From Eledone cirrhosa (lineage: Eukaryota): a stretch of DNA of 64,000 bases. The notes below the pieces were generated by a model. It was not told where the DNA came from. It was given only the letters and a program-made list of their open reading frames with translations, and made no database searches. The stretch is from assembly GCA_964016885.1 (NCBI GenBank), contig OZ024742.1:1674001-1738000 (forward strand). The letters are read 5' to 3'. Below are positions 10,078 to 22,200 of this stretch, one piece after another; the first letter of the stretch is position 1; every line of letters begins with the position of its first letter. Position numbers and translations under genes: made by a program.

Positions 10078-13000
10078 AAACCTTATATATAAACCTTACA
10101 TTCTCGCTAACAACCCATCATCCCTCCCACCCGCCCCCATGCACCACCATTATTACGTGGACCAATCATAAGTCAGAGGCCCATATTATCGCTTAACTGG
10201 TTGCTTTTCGATATGATGGATGGACTACGGAATTCTGGAGAGTTGAAGAGAGAAAAATGTGGACGCTCAGCGACAATGCCAAAGACAAAGCCAAATTCAC
10301 CTCGTGGACGAGAATGCAAGCACTCCTCCTTGTTTCGGCCCAGGATGGCTAACATAACCCCCCCCACGCCCCACCGCTCCCACCCTCCAAACGCAATCCA
10401 AAACTTCAGAGTTGGTACCATGAATGTAGGCACCTTAAAGGGTCGCTCTAACGAGGTTGTAGAAGTGCTTGAACGTAAGGAGGTCGATGTTTGTTGTATT
10501 CAAGAGACCAGATGGAGGGGAGGGTCGGCTAGATTCATCGTGGGTAAAGAACGATGCTATAAGCTTTTCTGGGTGGGAAATGACAATGGGTTGGGTGGGG
10601 TAGGAATCATGGTAGCAGAAAAGTGGGCAGATAAGATAATAGACGTAAATAGAGTGAACGACAGAATAATTAAAATAAGACTTGTCCTCAATAAAACTAC
10701 GGTGACAGTAATATCTTCGTACGCACCCCAATCCGGACTGCCCGGCGCTATAAAAGACAGATTCTACGAGACACCGATGCTCGCTGCCTCCCAAATAACC
10801 GACAGTGACTATATAGTTATTGCAGGCGACCTAAATGGTCATGTTGGACAACATTGTGACGGCTATGACGGAATCCATGGAGGCTATGGGTTCGGTACTA
10901 GAAATGAGGAAGGCTCCAGAATCCTGGAATTCTGCGACGCAAATAACTTAACTATCTGTAACACTAACTTCAAAAAATGAGACAATCACTTGATCACCTA
11001 TAGATCGGGAGAACACACAAGCCAGGTAGATTATATCCTTACCAGAAGACGTGACAGAGTGTCTGTTGTTAACACTAAATCCCTCCCCCATGAAGAATTC
11101 ACCTACCAACATAGACTGATAATTAGCGACCTCATAGTCAGGATGAGACGTACTAGACAGCGGAAGAGGACTATCCTCAGGAGAAAAATATGGAAGCTAA
11201 AGGATCCCATAGCCAGAAATATATTTAAAAGCATATTACTTGACGCTTTCGACAGTAAGGAAGAGCAATTAGAGTCGTATAATATAGAGGAACAGTGGGA
11301 ATTCCTGAGAGCAAACCTGCTGACGGCGGCAGACGAAGTCTGTGGCTGGAGCAGGCCTGTAGGTAGGAGGAGAGTAACATGGTGGTGGAACAGTAAGGTG
11401 GAGGAGTCAATCTATCAAGTGGCCAGGAGGGAAGCTAGGAGACAAGTGTACTTCGCAAGAAGGGAAGCAGAGGAAAGAAAGTTCAAGCATGTTCTACAAC
11501 GTGAGGTGCTCAGGATTGCCAGGCAATGTGTCAAGGAAAACCGTGATATTGTCGGGGAGAAGTGTGTACTTAACGATGATGGCATACTTGCCATCACCGA
11601 CGTTGATAAGAAGGTAGCTTGGAAGTGTCACTACGAAAGGCTTCTAAATGAGGAGAACAAATGGGAGAAAGACAGTCTCCCCCACATCGACCCAATAGAG
11701 GGACCAGCAGTGTTAGTCCAGGGTAGTACAATAAGCAAGGCAATCAAAGATATGAAGACGGGTAAGGCGGCTGGTCCTTCGGAAATAGTTGCTGAGATGC
11801 TGAAGGCATCTGGTTCGGTGGGACACACCATGGTCACCCGGATAGTTAACCAAGTCGTACAGAATGGGGTTGTTCCGAAGGACTGGCGTAGCAGCATCAT
11901 CGTTAACTGCTATAAGGGAAAAGGAGATGCCCTAGATAGGAGTAACTATAGAGGCATTAAATTAATCGACCAGGTCATGAAGGTCACGGAAAAAGTAATA
12001 GCGCAACTAATCAGAGAGAGAATTGATCTAGATGAAATGCAGTTCGGGTTTGTGTCAGGCAAAAGTACCACAGACGCTCTTTTCATTGTACGACAACTAC
12101 AGGAGAAGTACCTAGCTAAAAGTAAACCCCTATACTTAGCTTTCGTCGACTTGGAGAAAGCCTTCGACAGAGTCCCCCGTTCCATTATCTGGTGGTCTCT
12201 TAGAAAACTAGATGTTGACGAATGGCTTGTGAGAGCTATACAAGCCATGTATAAAGAAACAGTCAGTAAGGTTAGAATTAACAACGAATATAGTGAAGAG
12301 TTTAGCGTAAAAGTTGGTGTCCATCAGGGCTCTGTTCTTAGCCCCCTACTATTTATTATTGCCCTTCAGGCTATAACAGGGGAGTTCTAGACCGGCTGCC
12401 CATGGGAACTCCTATACGCAGATGATCTAACGCTCATAGCTGAATCAATGACCGAACTAGAGAAGAAATTCCAAACATGGAAGCACGGCCTAGAGTCAAA
12501 AGGCCTTAAAATTAACATGGCTAAGACTAAAGTTCTAGTTTGTAGGAAAGAAAATAAGGCGGCGGTCCCATCTGGGAAATGGCCATGCTCAGTGTGTAGG
12601 AAAGGCGTAGGTAGAAACTCCATTTTATGTCCCAAATGCAAAGTATGGGTGCATAAAAGATGTAGTGGGATCACAGGTAAGCTAACTAAGAACATAGATT
12701 TTACATGTGGCCGGTGCTCTGGTGCAATAAGTAGCAGCAAGTGCCCACAAAATACTAGCTCCTTCAACTGCGCAGAGGGTTCTATAGAAATAGTGGACAG
12801 CTTCCGTTACCTGGGTGACAAAATCAGCAGTGGGGGAGGGTGCTCTGAAAGTACAGTAGCTAGAGTCAGAACTGGATGGAAAAAGTTCAGAGAGCTTATA
12901 CCACTATTAGCCGCTAGAGGGTTCTCCCTAAAAATGAAAGGCAGGTTATACGATGCCTGCATACGAACAGCAATGCTGCATGGCAGTGAGACCTGGGCAT

Positions 13001-13868
13001 TGTGTGCAGAGGATATACGCAGACTAGAGAGGAACGAAGCTTGCATGCTCCGCTGGATGTGCAATAGTAATATACGTGAACGGCAAAGCATAAACGAACT
13101 AAGGAAAAAATTAGAAATAAGAGGGATCAGATGTTGTTTACTCGAGAGAAGGCTACGTTGGTACGGTCACGTGATGCGCATGAAAGACGACAGCTGTATA
13201 ACAAAGTGCAGGGCAATAAAGATAGACGGTAGCCACGGAGTAGGCAGACCCAGAAAAACATGGGACGAGCTGAGAAATTCCGACCTCACACACTTACACC
13301 TCTCCAAGACAATGTCACTGGACCGAGACCTTTGGCGGTACTCAGTAATAGAGAAGACCCGCCTTACCTAAATACAAAGTAAAAACCTACTACAGTCAGT
13401 AGGCATCTCTATCAAAACACACCCCCGTCCCACCACCTCCACCCCATCCACACCGCCCCTTTCAATGTAAAGTTATGTTGGTCCCACAACATCCAGGCCG
13501 AAACAAATGAGATCGTGTAGGTGTCACGACAAAAAACACACAGTCCACGCTGTAAATGTGGCCGTGTAAGCAACACGGTAAAAACCTCCCAGCCCCACAC
13601 TGTAAATGTGGTTGGTGTTAGGAAGGGCATCCAGCTGTAGAAAACCCGCCAGACAATCCACGCTGTAATGTGGCCGTGTAGGCAACACGGTAAAAACCTC
13701 CCAGCCCCACACTGTAAATGTGGTTGGTGTTAGGAAGGGCATCCAACTGTAGAAAACCCGCCAGACAGTCCTATGCGAGCAAGACAACCACTCTTGCCTC
13801 AAGTGGGAAAACCTCCGTCCAAACCCATGCAAGCGTGGAACACGGACGCTAAACCTGATGATGATGAT
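10078..13868 (+). mobile_element. Near full-length RTE LINE (subfamily A), inactivated
   Basis: APE domain (GTMNVGT, CIQETRW, YAPQ, GDLNGHVG, VDYIL) and RT across ORFs 10201-10980, 10990-12390, 12448-13371; in-frame stops at 10978 and 12388; (GAT)n tail. Confidence 0.95.
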
Positions 13869-13986
13869 ATATATATATACATATATATATATATTTATAT
13901 ATATATTTATATCTATATATATATATTCTTATATATATATATTCTTATATATATATTCTTATATATATATTCTTACATATAAATAT

Positions 13987-14206
13987 GTAATAGGAACGAG
14001 TAGGACCCTGACGGCTGAGCTCAAGCCGTATCGACGACTAATTCTGGCCGGAATTAGCCGTCGAAACGGCTTGAGCTCAGCCGTCGAAACGGCTTGAGCT
14101 CAGCCGTCAGGGTCCTACTCGTTCCTATTACCCACTCTACTACCCTAAGTATTAAGTACTTTGGTGCGTTATGGTCCACCTGGTTCCTTACCACATTTCC
14201 TTCGTT
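13987..14206. other. Fold-back palindrome containing the 3' half of a hammerhead-like motif, plus a tail (PLE pLTR-like remnant)
   Basis: Arms gtaataggaacgagtaggaccctgacggc... and ...gccgtcagggtcctactcgttcctattac; GAAACggct tgagctc agccGTC duplicated. Confidence 0.6.
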
Positions 14207-15607
<1,401 letters not shown>

Positions 15608-15912
15608 TCATCATCATCATCATCATCACCGTTTTACGTCCGTTCTTCCACGCTAGCATGGGTTAGACGGGTTGTCCTGTTGTGGGCAGTGTCTGGTCGG
15701 CTGACCATGCCTTGCTCATACAGGAACTGATCTGGCTTGATTTCTACAGCTGGATGCCCTTCCTAACACCAACCTCATTTACAGTGAGTGCTGGGTGCTT
15801 TTTCGTGGCGCCTACACGTCCACTTTACAGTGTGGGCTGGGTGCTTTTTTGCCGTGGCACCTCCACGACCACCTTGCGGTGGGGGGGGGGGGGGGCATAT
15901 TGTTTATATGCT

Positions 15913-18900
15913 TCAGCATGTACCCATGGGAGGTCGGGTACCCTGTATTACTGCGTGACGCCAGAAGTCACGGTCGTGTGTCATTGACTTTGAGAGGTGT
16001 AGTTGGGTAAGGTCGGCTTTTATCACCTCATCCCAAGTCATCTTGGGTCTCCCCACTCCGCGGTTTCCATCAACTTCTAGTGCTCTGCACCTTTTTATGC
16101 AGCTGTCATCCTTCATACGCATCACATGTCCATACCAGCGTAACCGCCTCTCCTGCACGCAGCATTTGATTCCTCTTATGCTCAGTCTCTCTCTCAATTC
16201 ATTTATGCTTTGTCGTTCACGTATATTACTGTTACACATCCATCGGAGCATGCAGGCTTCGTTTCTCTCTAATCTACGTAAGTCTTCCACCTTCAGCGCC
16301 CAGGTCTCACTACCATGCAACATCGCTGTTCGGATACACGCATCATACAGTCTGCCTTTCATTCTGAGGGAGAAGCCTTTTGCAGCTAGCAGTGGTAGTA
16401 GTTCCCTAAACTTCTTCCATCCCGTTCTTACCCTAGTTATTGTACTTTCTGAGCACCCACCTCCGTTGCTAATTCGGTCACCTAGGTAGCAGAAGCTGTC
16501 TACCGTTTCTACAGGGCCCTCCCAGAGATTGGTGGTACTTGTTTCCTGTGGCTGTTTGCTTGCTGTTTCAGCACAGCTGCTGCATGTGAATCCTACATTC
16601 TTAATTAAGCTTCCTGAGATCCCGCTACATCTCTTGTGTACCCATTGTTTGCATTTGGGGCAAAGAATGGAGTTCCTACCTACACCTTTCCTACATACTG
16701 AGCAAGGCCATTTCCCTGAGGGGATCTGGGTTCTGTTTTCTCGTCTACTTATAAGGACCTTAGTCTTTGTCATGTTGACTTTGAGGCCCTTTCTCTCTAG
16801 TCCCTGCTTCCAGGTTTGGAATTTATTCTCTAGTTCTACCATAGATTCAGCTATGAGTGCGAGGTCATCAGCATACAGGAGTTCCCATGGGCATCCGGTC
16901 TTAAACTCCTCCGTTATTGCCTGCAGGACTATGATGAACAGGAGAGGGCTAAGAACAGAGCCCTGGTGGACCCCAACCTGTACGCTAAATTCCTCGCTAT
17001 ACTCATTGCCAATCCTAACTTTGCTGACTGCTCCCCTATACATGGCTTGTACCGCTTTCACAAGCCATTCATCTACTCCTAGTTTTCTAAGAGCCCACCA
17101 GATTACTGCACGTGGAACTCTGTCAAAGGCTTTCTCAAGGTCGACAAATGCCAAGTAGAGTGGCTTACTTTTAGCTAGGTACTTTTCCTGTAATTGCCTC
17201 ACAAGGAAGAGCGCATCAGTGGTGCCTTTCCCTGGAACAAACCCAAATTGCATCTCGTCTATATTCACCCGGTCCCTAATCAGCTGTGCTATAACTCTTT
17301 CTGTTACTTTCATGACCTGGTCCATCAACTTTATACCTCTATAGTTTCCTCTATCTAGTGCATCGCCTTTACCTTTGTAGCAGTTGACAATGATGCTACT
17401 GCACCAATCTTTTGGTATGGCCCCCTCTAGTATTACCTGGTTAACGATACGTGTGGTTATAGTGTGACCTACAGACCCAGATGCCTTCAGCATCTCGGCA
17501 GCTATACCCGATGGACCGGTTGCCTTCCCTATCTTCATATCTCTGATTGCCTTACTTACTACGCTGCCGCTGACTTGTACTGCTGGTCCCTCTATAGGGT
17601 CTACGTGGGGTAGGGTCTCTTCTTCCCATGCATTCTCCTCATTTAGTAATCTATCATAATGACTCTTCCATGCATCTTTCTTCTCAGCACTTGTGAGGGC
17701 AAGCTCACCTTTATCATTCCGGATACACTTCTCTCCAATGACATCACAACTATCTCTGACACACTGCCTCGCAATCTTGAATACCTCCTGTTTCTGGTCC
17801 TCACGTTGTAAAACATGCTTGAATTTTCTATCCTCTGCTTCCCTCCTAGCTAAGTATACTTGTCGCCTAGCTTCCCTCTTGGTCTCTATGTAATGTACCC
17901 TGCTCCCCCCGTTCTTCCATTCTTTCCATGCCTGTCTCTTGGCCTTGACTGCTTCATCTACCTTATTGTTCCACCACCAAGTCACTCTCCTCCTGCTTGA
18001 GGTCTTACTCCAGCCACAAACCTCATCCGTCGCCTCTAGTAAGTTATTTTTTAGGAACTCCCAGTTCTCTTCTACGTTAAATGTCTCTATCTGTTCTTCT
18101 TTACTGTCGTAGGCGTTGAGTAAAATATCTTTAAATCTGTTACTGGTTGAGGGGACTTTCAGCTTCCAGATCTTTCTTCTCCAGGTTGGCCTCTGTTTCA
18201 GGGCTCGTCTAGTTCTGACCGTGAGGTCGCTGACAACTAAGCTATGTTGGGATGTACATTCCTCACTAGGGAAGGCTTTTGTGTTTACGACCGTCCATCT
18301 GTCACGTCCTCTGATGAGGATAAAATCTAACTGACTAGAGTGCTCCCCTGATCTATAGGTGATCAGGTGGTTGTCGGGTTTTTTAAAGTTTGTGTTACAT
18401 ATCGACATGTCATTGGCGTCGCAGAATTCTAGAAGTCTGAATCCTTCCTCATTCCTTGTGCCAACTCCATGGCCTCCATGTACTCTATTGAAGCCGTCGC
18501 AGTGTTTACCTACGTGTCCGTTAAAATCTCCTGCAATGATTAGGAAGTCCTTGTCGTCTGTTAGAGCAGTAGTGTGTATTAGGGACTCGTAAAACCTATC
18601 CTTAAGTTCGTCTGGCAGCCCCGATTGGGGTGCGTAAGCTGATATTATTGTGGTAATTGTCTTATTCAGGACTAGTCTGAGTTTAATGATTCTTGCATTT
18701 ACCCTGTACACTGAGATTACTTTATCTACCCACTTGTCAGCTAATAGTATACCTACACCACCCATCCCATCGTCATTTCCCACCCAGAAAAATTTGTAGC
18801 ACTGGCTTTTTCCTACAAGGACTCTAGCAGACCCTCCTCTCCATCTAGTCTCTTGCACACAACATACATCAACTTCCTTTCGCTCTAGCATTTCTACGAT

Positions 18901-19032
18901 TTCTCCTGCTCTTCCTTTCATTGAGCCTACATTGATGGTACCAACTCGGAGTTTTGGGCATTTGTCGACACTCGTAGGGGAGGGTCTCTGGGTTGGCGCT
19001 TCACGTGGGTGCTTGGTAGCTCGCAGATTCAT
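15913..19032 (-). CDS. RTE ORF: APE endonuclease - RT with inserted PHD-like finger - RTE C-terminus
   Basis: GTINVG, CVQETRW, GDFNGHVG, LDFIL, SQH; NYRGIKL, QFGF, FVDLEKAFD, GVHQGSVLSPLLF, YADD, FCYLG, RLRWYGHV, GRP. Confidence 0.95.
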   Translation of the reverse strand: MNLRATKHPREAPTQRPSPTSVDKCPKLRVGTINVGSMKGRAGEIVEMLERKEVDVCCVQETRWRGGSARVLVGKSQCYKFFWVGNDDGMGGVGILLADKWVDKVISVYRVNARIIKLRLVLNKTITTIISAYAPQSGLPDELKDRFYESLIHTTALTDDKDFLIIAGDFNGHVGKHCDGFNRVHGGHGVGTRNEEGFRLLEFCDANDMSICNTNFKKPDNHLITYRSGEHSSQLDFILIRGRDRWTVVNTKAFPSEECTSQHSLVVSDLTVRTRRALKQRPTWRRKIWKLKVPSTSNRFKDILLNAYDSKEEQIETFNVEENWEFLKNNLLEATDEVCGWSKTSSRRRVTWWWNNKVDEAVKAKRQAWKEWKNGGSRVHYIETKREARRQVYLARREAEDRKFKHVLQREDQKQEVFKIARQCVRDSCDVIGEKCIRNDKGELALTSAEKKDAWKSHYDRLLNEENAWEEETLPHVDPIEGPAVQVSGSVVSKAIRDMKIGKATGPSGIAAEMLKASGSVGHTITTRIVNQVILEGAIPKDWCSSIIVNCYKGKGDALDRGNYRGIKLMDQVMKVTERVIAQLIRDRVNIDEMQFGFVPGKGTTDALFLVRQLQEKYLAKSKPLYLAFVDLEKAFDRVPRAVIWWALRKLGVDEWLVKAVQAMYRGAVSKVRIGNEYSEEFSVQVGVHQGSVLSPLLFIIVLQAITEEFKTGCPWELLYADDLALIAESMVELENKFQTWKQGLERKGLKVNMTKTKVLISRRENRTQIPSGKWPCSVCRKGVGRNSILCPKCKQWVHKRCSGISGSLIKNVGFTCSSCAETASKQPQETSTTNLWEGPVETVDSFCYLGDRISNGGGCSESTITRVRTGWKKFRELLPLLAAKGFSLRMKGRLYDACIRTAMLHGSETWALKVEDLRRLERNEACMLRWMCNSNIRERQSINELRERLSIRGIKCCVQERRLRWYGHVMRMKDDSCIKRCRALEVDGNRGVGRPKMTWDEVIKADLTQLHLSKSMTHDRDFWRHAVIQGTRPPMGTC

Positions 19033-19220
19033 ATTTCATCTATTGATTCAGAGTTGCTCGTGTATTCCCAGCTCATCCATCCCTAACGGTGAAAATTGAG
19101 GGCTAGAAGGACAGTGGTGGTGGGGTAATGGCAGGGTGTGTTGGGATGCGCCAGAGGAGGAGAGAGTTAGTTAGGCAGGTAGTAGCAGCAGCAGCAGCAG
19201 TGGAAATGGCATGCTAGGTT

Positions 19221-19229
19221 TGATTGGTC
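19221..19229 (-). promoter_or_regulatory. CCAAT-box-like motif (GACCAATCA) in the RTE 5' UTR
   Basis: Same 9-mer in element-sense orientation at 51887-51895 (subfamily B) and 10160-10168 (subfamily A). Confidence 0.4.
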
Positions 19230-19277
19230 GAATAGACTATGGTGGTGTGTGGGGGTGGGGGGGAGGGAAATTGTGAG

Positions 19278-22200
19278 GTAGGAACTGAGGGTCGCATGGT
19301 AAATATCCAAGTTAATACTACATCAGTAAAATTAACAATAATAACGTCATGAAAAAAGCTACTAAGAGAAACCCTCGAAAATTTATCGCTAATACAGCAG
19401 GGAAAATTTAACGCTAATACAGCAGGGAACATCATATTAACGACATGAAAAAGCTACTAAGAGAAACCCTCGAAAATTTATCGCTAATACAGCAGGGAAA
19501 ATTTAACGCTAATACAGCAGGGAACATCATAATATTAACGACATGAAAAAGCTACTAAGAGAAACCCTCGAAAATTTATCGCTAATACAGCAGGGAAAAT
19601 TTAACGCTAATACAGCAGGGAACATCATAATATTAACGACAATATGTAGGCTAAAATACCTTCGTAGATTAGGTGGATGGCTGGCTGGGAAAATTGAATC
19701 ATCTCTAGTGGTACATTTTAGCAGAGAAGAATGGCAAAGTGTCTTATCTCTTCAATATTTTCAGATTGAATGAATTAGGTTAAAGACAGGGTAGTAAGCC
19801 TTAAAGAAGTGCATAGAGGGGGGGGGTAGGAACTGAGGGTCACATGGTAAATAACTGAGAGAGATACAATAGGATTAGAATACCGCATGGTAAATATCCA
19901 AGTTAATAAGTTAATACTACATCAGTAAAATTAACAATAATAACGTCATGAAAAAAGCTACTAAGAGAAACCCTCGAAAATTTATCGCTAATACAGCAGG
20001 GAAAATTTAACGCTAATACAGCAGGGAACATCATATTAACGACATGAAAAAGCTACTAAGAGAAACCCTCGAAAATTTATCGCTAATACAGCAGGGAAAA
20101 TTTAACGCTAATACAGCAGGGAACATCATAATATTAACGACATGAAAAAGCTACTAAGAGAAACCCTCGAAAATTTATCGCTAATACAGCAGGGAAAATT
20201 TAACGCTAATACAGCAGGGAACATCATAATATTAACGACAATATGTAGGCTAAAATACCTTCGTAGATTAGGTGGATGGCTGGCTGGGAAAATTGAATCA
20301 TCTCTAGTGGTACATTTTAGCAGAGAAGAATGGCAAAGTGTCTTATCTCTTCAATATTTTCAGATTGAATGAATTAGGTTAAAGACAGGGTAGTAAGCCT
20401 TAAAGAAGTGCATAGAGGGGGGGGTAGGAACTGAGGGTCACATGGTAAATAACTGAGAGAGATACAATAGGATTAGAATACCGCATGGTAAATATCCAAG
20501 TTAATAAGTTAATACTACATCAGTAAAATTAACAATAATAACGTCATGAAAAAAGCTACTAAGAGAAACCCTCGAAAATTTATCGCTAATACAGCAGGGA
20601 AAATTTAACGCTAATACAGCAGGGAACATCATATTAACGACATGAAAAAGCTACTAAGAGAAACCCTCGAAAATTTATCGCTAATACAGCAGGGAAAATT
20701 TAACGCTAATACAGCAGGGAACATCATAATATTAACGACATGAAAAAGCTACTAAGAGAAACCCTCGAAAATTTATCGCTAATACAGCAGGGAAAATTTA
20801 ACGCTAATACAGCAGGGAACATCATAATATTAACGACAATATGTAGGCTAAAATACCTTCGTAGATTAGGTGGATGGCTGGCTGGGAAAATTGAATCATC
20901 TCTAGTGGTACATTTTAGCAGAGAAGAATGGCAAAGTGTCTTATCTCTTCAATATTTTCAGATTGAATGAATTAGGTTAAAGACAGGGTAGTAAGCCTTA
21001 AAGAAGTGCATAGAGGGGGGGGTAGGAACTGAGGGTCACATGGTAAATAACTGAGAGAGATACAATAGGATTAGAATACCGCATGGTAAATATCCAAGTT
21101 AATAAGTTAATACTACATCAGTAAAATTAACAATAATAACGTCATGAAAAAAGCTACTAAGAGAAACCCTCGAAAATTTATCGCTAATACAGCAGGGAAA
21201 ATTTAACGCTAATACAGCAGGGAACATCATATTAACGACATGAAAAAGCTACTAAGAGAAACCCTCGAAAATTTATCGCTAATACAGCAGGGAAAATTTA
21301 ACGCTAATACAGCAGGGAACATCATAATATTAACGACATGAAAAAGCTACTAAGAGAAACCCTCGAAAATTTATCGCTAATACAGCAGGGAAAATTTAAC
21401 GCTAATACAGCAGGGAACATCATAATATTAACGACAATATGTAGGCTAAAATACCTTCGTAGATTAGGTGGATGGCTGGCTGGGAAAATTGAATCATCTC
21501 TAGTGGTACATTTTAGCAGAGAAGAATGGCAAAGTGTCTTATCTCTTCAATATTTTCAGATTGAATGAATTAGGTTAAAGACAGGGTAGTAAGCCTTAAA
21601 GAAGTGCATAGAGGGGGGGGTAGGAACTGAGGGTCACATGGTAAATAACTGAGAGAGATACAATAGGATTAGAATACCGCATGGTAAATATCCAAGTTAA
21701 TAAGTTAATACTACATCAGTAAAATTAACAATAATAACGTCATGAAAAAAGCTACTAAGAGAAACCCTCGAAAATTTATCGCTAATACAGCAGGGAAAAT
21801 TTAACGCTAATACAGCAGGGAACATCATATTAACGACATGAAAAAGCTACTAAGAGAAACCCTCGAAAATTTATCGCTAATACAGCAGGGAAAATTTAAC
21901 GCTAATACAGCAGGGAACATCATAATATTAACGACATGAAAAAGCTACTAAGAGAAAACCCTCGAAAATTTATCGCTAATACAGCAGGGAAAATTTAACG
22001 CTAATACAGCAGGGAACATCATAATATTAACGACAATATGTAGGCTAAAATACCTTCGTAGATTAGGTGGATGGCTGGCTGGGAAAATTGAATCATCTCT
22101 AGTGGTACATTTTAGCAGAGAAGAATGGCAAAGTGTCTTATCTCTTCAATATTTTCAGATTGAATGAATTAGGTTAAAGACAGGGTAGTAAGCCTTAAAG

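Larger units (their letters stand above)
15608..19293 (-). mobile_element. Full-length, potentially active RTE LINE (subfamily B)
   Basis: Uninterrupted 1039-aa ORF; 3' UTR ending in (GAT)n at 15608-15627; 5' UTR homologous to the copy at 51780-51950. Confidence 0.95.

Noticed and set aside
10078-10260. HDV-like ribozyme expected at some RTE 5' ends
   Set aside because: Could not identify the nested double pseudoknot by eye; needs a descriptor-based search
16043-18592. Antisense ORFs over RTE copies (e.g. 16043-16489, 16529-17158)
   Set aside because: Shadow frames of the RT ORF with no independent motifs
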